Shown here one piece after another: positions 61,461-64,000 of a DNA stretch of 64,000 nt. Position numbers and translations under genes: made by a program. Origin of the DNA: Takakia lepidozioides (taxonomy: Eukaryota; Plantae; Bryophyta); contig CM060732.1 in assembly GCA_030704615.1 (NCBI GenBank), positions 14,508,001 through 14,572,000 on the forward strand, in the 5' to 3' direction. Numbering within the stretch: the stretch's first letter is position 1; each line of letters begins with the position of its first letter. A model generated the notes under the pieces. That model was not told the DNA's origin. It made no database searches and worked only from the letters and a program-made list of their open reading frames with translations.

Positions 61461-63857
61461 TCAAACCTTTTGTGGAATCATCTGGGGCATACAATGCTGT
61501 CCTACCATGTCTGGAAGTTTGCATTTTACAACTTGGTGTAACCGCTGAACAGCAAAATTGGTGTAGACACTGAGCTCCTTGTCTGTCCAGGTGAGTGGGG
61601 TACCAATTACTGGTGCAGCGTGCAAGTACTTCCATGCCACATGTCCCTTATAGAAAATGTCATCAAGTCCGAATTTCTGTGTTGACAAATGGTTGCAGGC
61701 TGCTTGAAACCATGAACGAATTTGAGAATCCTTTTGCATCATAACTTTTGGGTCATATAGGTACATATGAGGTGGCACTGAAGGTAATACCCAATGATCT
61801 CCACTGGAATAACTTTGAAAGCGTGTTTGCATCTTTTGTTGCTCAATGTGGTAACGTACCAGAAAACAAGCAGCGTAGTATAGCCCGCACCCCATGACAA
61901 TACTTGCTATCTCCTTGGTCTTGGTATAAATGAGTCCATGTACAACCTGGAAAGCAACCAATTCCCTCAACATGGTACCTGCCTCGTGCCAGTATTGTGC
62001 AAAGTGATGATCTTCAATATGTCGATTGTTTGGAAGAACTTTAGTCCTAGTTGCCACTGGCAGCCAAATACGCATGATTTGGTAGTAATGTGCGAATGAC
62101 TGCGGAGGACTAAATTCTTTCCAAGCCAAATCCAACATGATGGGAATTTGATTGAAGGGCATAAGCATAGCCCTGCTGTACTCCCTTGCAGCTGGAGTTT
62201 TAGGTGGGTTAAAAGCGGCATTGCCCCATACCTCCGGCTGTGGTGGCTGTGGTGTGGTTGTAGTAACCACAGGTTCAGCTACTGGTACATTGACCTGTTG
62301 TGGTGGTGGTGGTACTGGCTCCTGTATCATTGGCATCTCCTGCACCTCCTGTGAAGACTGAAAAGCCAGAGTTCTGGCTTGCAAATAAGAAGCCATTAGC
62401 TGTTCCTGAGGGATATAGACTCTTTGGTCGATGTTTGAAGTGAGGTCTTCCACTTGAGTCTGGAGTCCGTCTACATCCTCTCGTAACTCTGCTATCCTAC
62501 TATAGACATTGTCTATAGTAGTTGTGGCAATGTTCTGCACCTGCAGTCTGAGCTCATTCATCTCGCTTTGGGTGAGCTTCCGTGGGCTTTTGCCCTCTAC
62601 TGGCCCTTGTGCTAACCAGACCTGCATAAGGCTGTTATCCACCAAGCTGCTTGTGGTTCCCCTGAGAGTTTGCTCCTCTCTTAGCTTGTACAATTCCAAC
62701 TGCTGTTGTAAAGCCTCCATGCGCTTCGCCTGTGGCTCAACCAATTGCGCATAGGCAGCAAGTAGATTATTGGCTTCATTCCAAGCCTTGTTACTGACCG
62801 CGATTTCATTTCTATTGGCCACGATGATTTGTTGCAACTCCACGATGTGTTTCTCTTGATCAGCTTCCATCTGCCTGTATTGCTTGAAAGTATCTTCATT
62901 GCGACAGATTGTATTCTTCATATCGACAATGAGCTTCATTTGCTCAACATTCTCTTCTTCTGCCTTCGTACATTTTTCCGCTTGACTGTTTATTTCTTTA
63001 GTAGATTGGTCAAGCATAGTTGTAAACGTAGCACATTGTATCGCCATCCTGTTATGCACTGTCTGCAACTCCGTGTGTAGTGCATTCAGTTCTTGCAACT
63101 TGCTTTCATGCTGCACCTGCATTTGGTATAGCTGTTGCTTATGTGCTTCGTGCAACTGGTCTTGCGCGAGGCCTGCCTCAATCAATTGTTGCTTGGCCAA
63201 TTGCAAAGCCATTTCTGTATTGCCCAAGTCCTGCTTCATCTTGAGAGTGACCTCTTCATCGACCTTGTTTGCACACTCAGTGGCAAGTCGAGCCTCAAAC
63301 TCCTTCCTGAGTTCCTCTTTCAAGGCTGTCAATTGGGTAATTGGAACATGGGATTTGACATAAGTCCCCAACAAATTAAGTGTCCTGCCTATGGAACTCA
63401 TCAGCATTGCCTGTTGAGGGTCATCATGGTGAGGTTGCTGCTGTTCCTCCTGATCTTCAACAGTATGATGTCTCACTAACCATTCAGGCCATTGTCCCAC
63501 CGGATTTTCTTCCTGAACTACTTCATCTATCACCGGTGCTACAGTGTCATGACCTTCCGCCTGTGGTACCTCCGACACAGGTGTGTGTATTATATGCACC
63601 TCAGGATTTCCCTTGGGCAACTGTTGCACCTCTGGAATTTCTGTCTCCTTGACCAGACCAGAATATTCATAGAGAAGGTCCCCTTTCTCTATTTCTGCCA
63701 CTATCTGTTCTGTAATTGGAATATCTATCCCTTCACTTTCTAAATCAATTATTTCGGGTTTCTCTTCATCTTTGTTATCTGTTTTTTGGGTACTTTCCTG
63801 CTGCCACATCGGCAATAACTTGTCAAAGTCACTCGAAACCACCACATATCCACCCAA
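61461..63857 (-). CDS. Intact 798-codon ORF: acidic N-terminus, long coiled coil, Pro-rich linker, unknown C-terminal domain; probable retroelement extra ORF
   Basis: Uninterrupted frame; Q/E/L-rich heptad-like region; ends ~300 bp upstream of the PPT on the same strand; true start uncertain. Confidence 0.75.
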   Translation of the reverse strand: MGGYVVVSSDFDKLLPMWQQESTQKTDNKDEEKPEIIDLESEGIDIPITEQIVAEIEKGDLLYEYSGLVKETEIPEVQQLPKGNPEVHIIHTPVSEVPQAEGHDTVAPVIDEVVQEENPVGQWPEWLVRHHTVEDQEEQQQPHHDDPQQAMLMSSIGRTLNLLGTYVKSHVPITQLTALKEELRKEFEARLATECANKVDEEVTLKMKQDLGNTEMALQLAKQQLIEAGLAQDQLHEAHKQQLYQMQVQHESKLQELNALHTELQTVHNRMAIQCATFTTMLDQSTKEINSQAEKCTKAEEENVEQMKLIVDMKNTICRNEDTFKQYRQMEADQEKHIVELQQIIVANRNEIAVSNKAWNEANNLLAAYAQLVEPQAKRMEALQQQLELYKLREEQTLRGTTSSLVDNSLMQVWLAQGPVEGKSPRKLTQSEMNELRLQVQNIATTTIDNVYSRIAELREDVDGLQTQVEDLTSNIDQRVYIPQEQLMASYLQARTLAFQSSQEVQEMPMIQEPVPPPPQQVNVPVAEPVVTTTTPQPPQPEVWGNAAFNPPKTPAAREYSRAMLMPFNQIPIMLDLAWKEFSPPQSFAHYYQIMRIWLPVATRTKVLPNNRHIEDHHFAQYWHEAGTMLRELVAFQVVHGLIYTKTKEIASIVMGCGLYYAACFLVRYHIEQQKMQTRFQSYSSGDHWVLPSVPPHMYLYDPKVMMQKDSQIRSWFQAACNHLSTQKFGLDDIFYKGHVAWKYLHAAPVIGTPLTWTDKELSVYTNFAVQRLHQVVKCKLPDMVGQHCMPQMIPQKV

Positions 63858-64000
63858 CGAGTTAACTTACAGAATTCAATATGCAAATTCAAGGCCGAGT
63901 CTGATGAGAGGGTAAAACAGGCTGAAATAGGTCGAAGAAGAAGGTGCCCTCACACATTGTCCTCGACCTTGTGTCATGACCCATGGAGGATTTGACTGAC

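Overview
Eukaryotic (land-plant, probably seed-free; the organism is an inference) genomic DNA. Bases 1-10,225 hold a multi-exon LIN/CERBERUS-type U-box/ARM/WD40 E3 ligase gene on the minus strand, with a nine-unit coding tandem repeat in exon 2; the gene runs off the left edge. The remaining ~54 kb is nested transposon sequence. The main discovery is a Mutator-like (MULE) element at 23,144-36,193, bounded by imperfect 21-bp TIRs and a 9-bp TSD. It carries two divergent intron-containing genes: a GCM/WRKY-Zn + DDE + SWIM transposase, and a gene joining a ParB/Sulfiredoxin-like (DGNHR) domain to a beta-class N6A/N4C DNA-methyltransferase fold with the unusual motif-IV variant DIPDG. Related copies lie at ~18.9-22.7 kb (transposase side only), ~46.4-55.3 kb (diverged subfamily, both genes) and ~56.3-57.5 kb (fragment). 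Each subfamily arrays its own CpG-rich palindrome at equivalent non-coding positions, including the same intron of the methylase-like gene, which recalls the VANC/VANDAL anti-silencing arrangement. Also present: a piggyBac-like TTAA MITE, Helitron, CACTA, Ulp1, PPR and Gypsy fragments, a tRNA-derived SINE, a Gypsy element with an internal inversion, and an intact 798-aa retroelement extra ORF. All protein assignments come from motif recognition by eye, with no database search. Most transposon genes carry stops or frameshifts.
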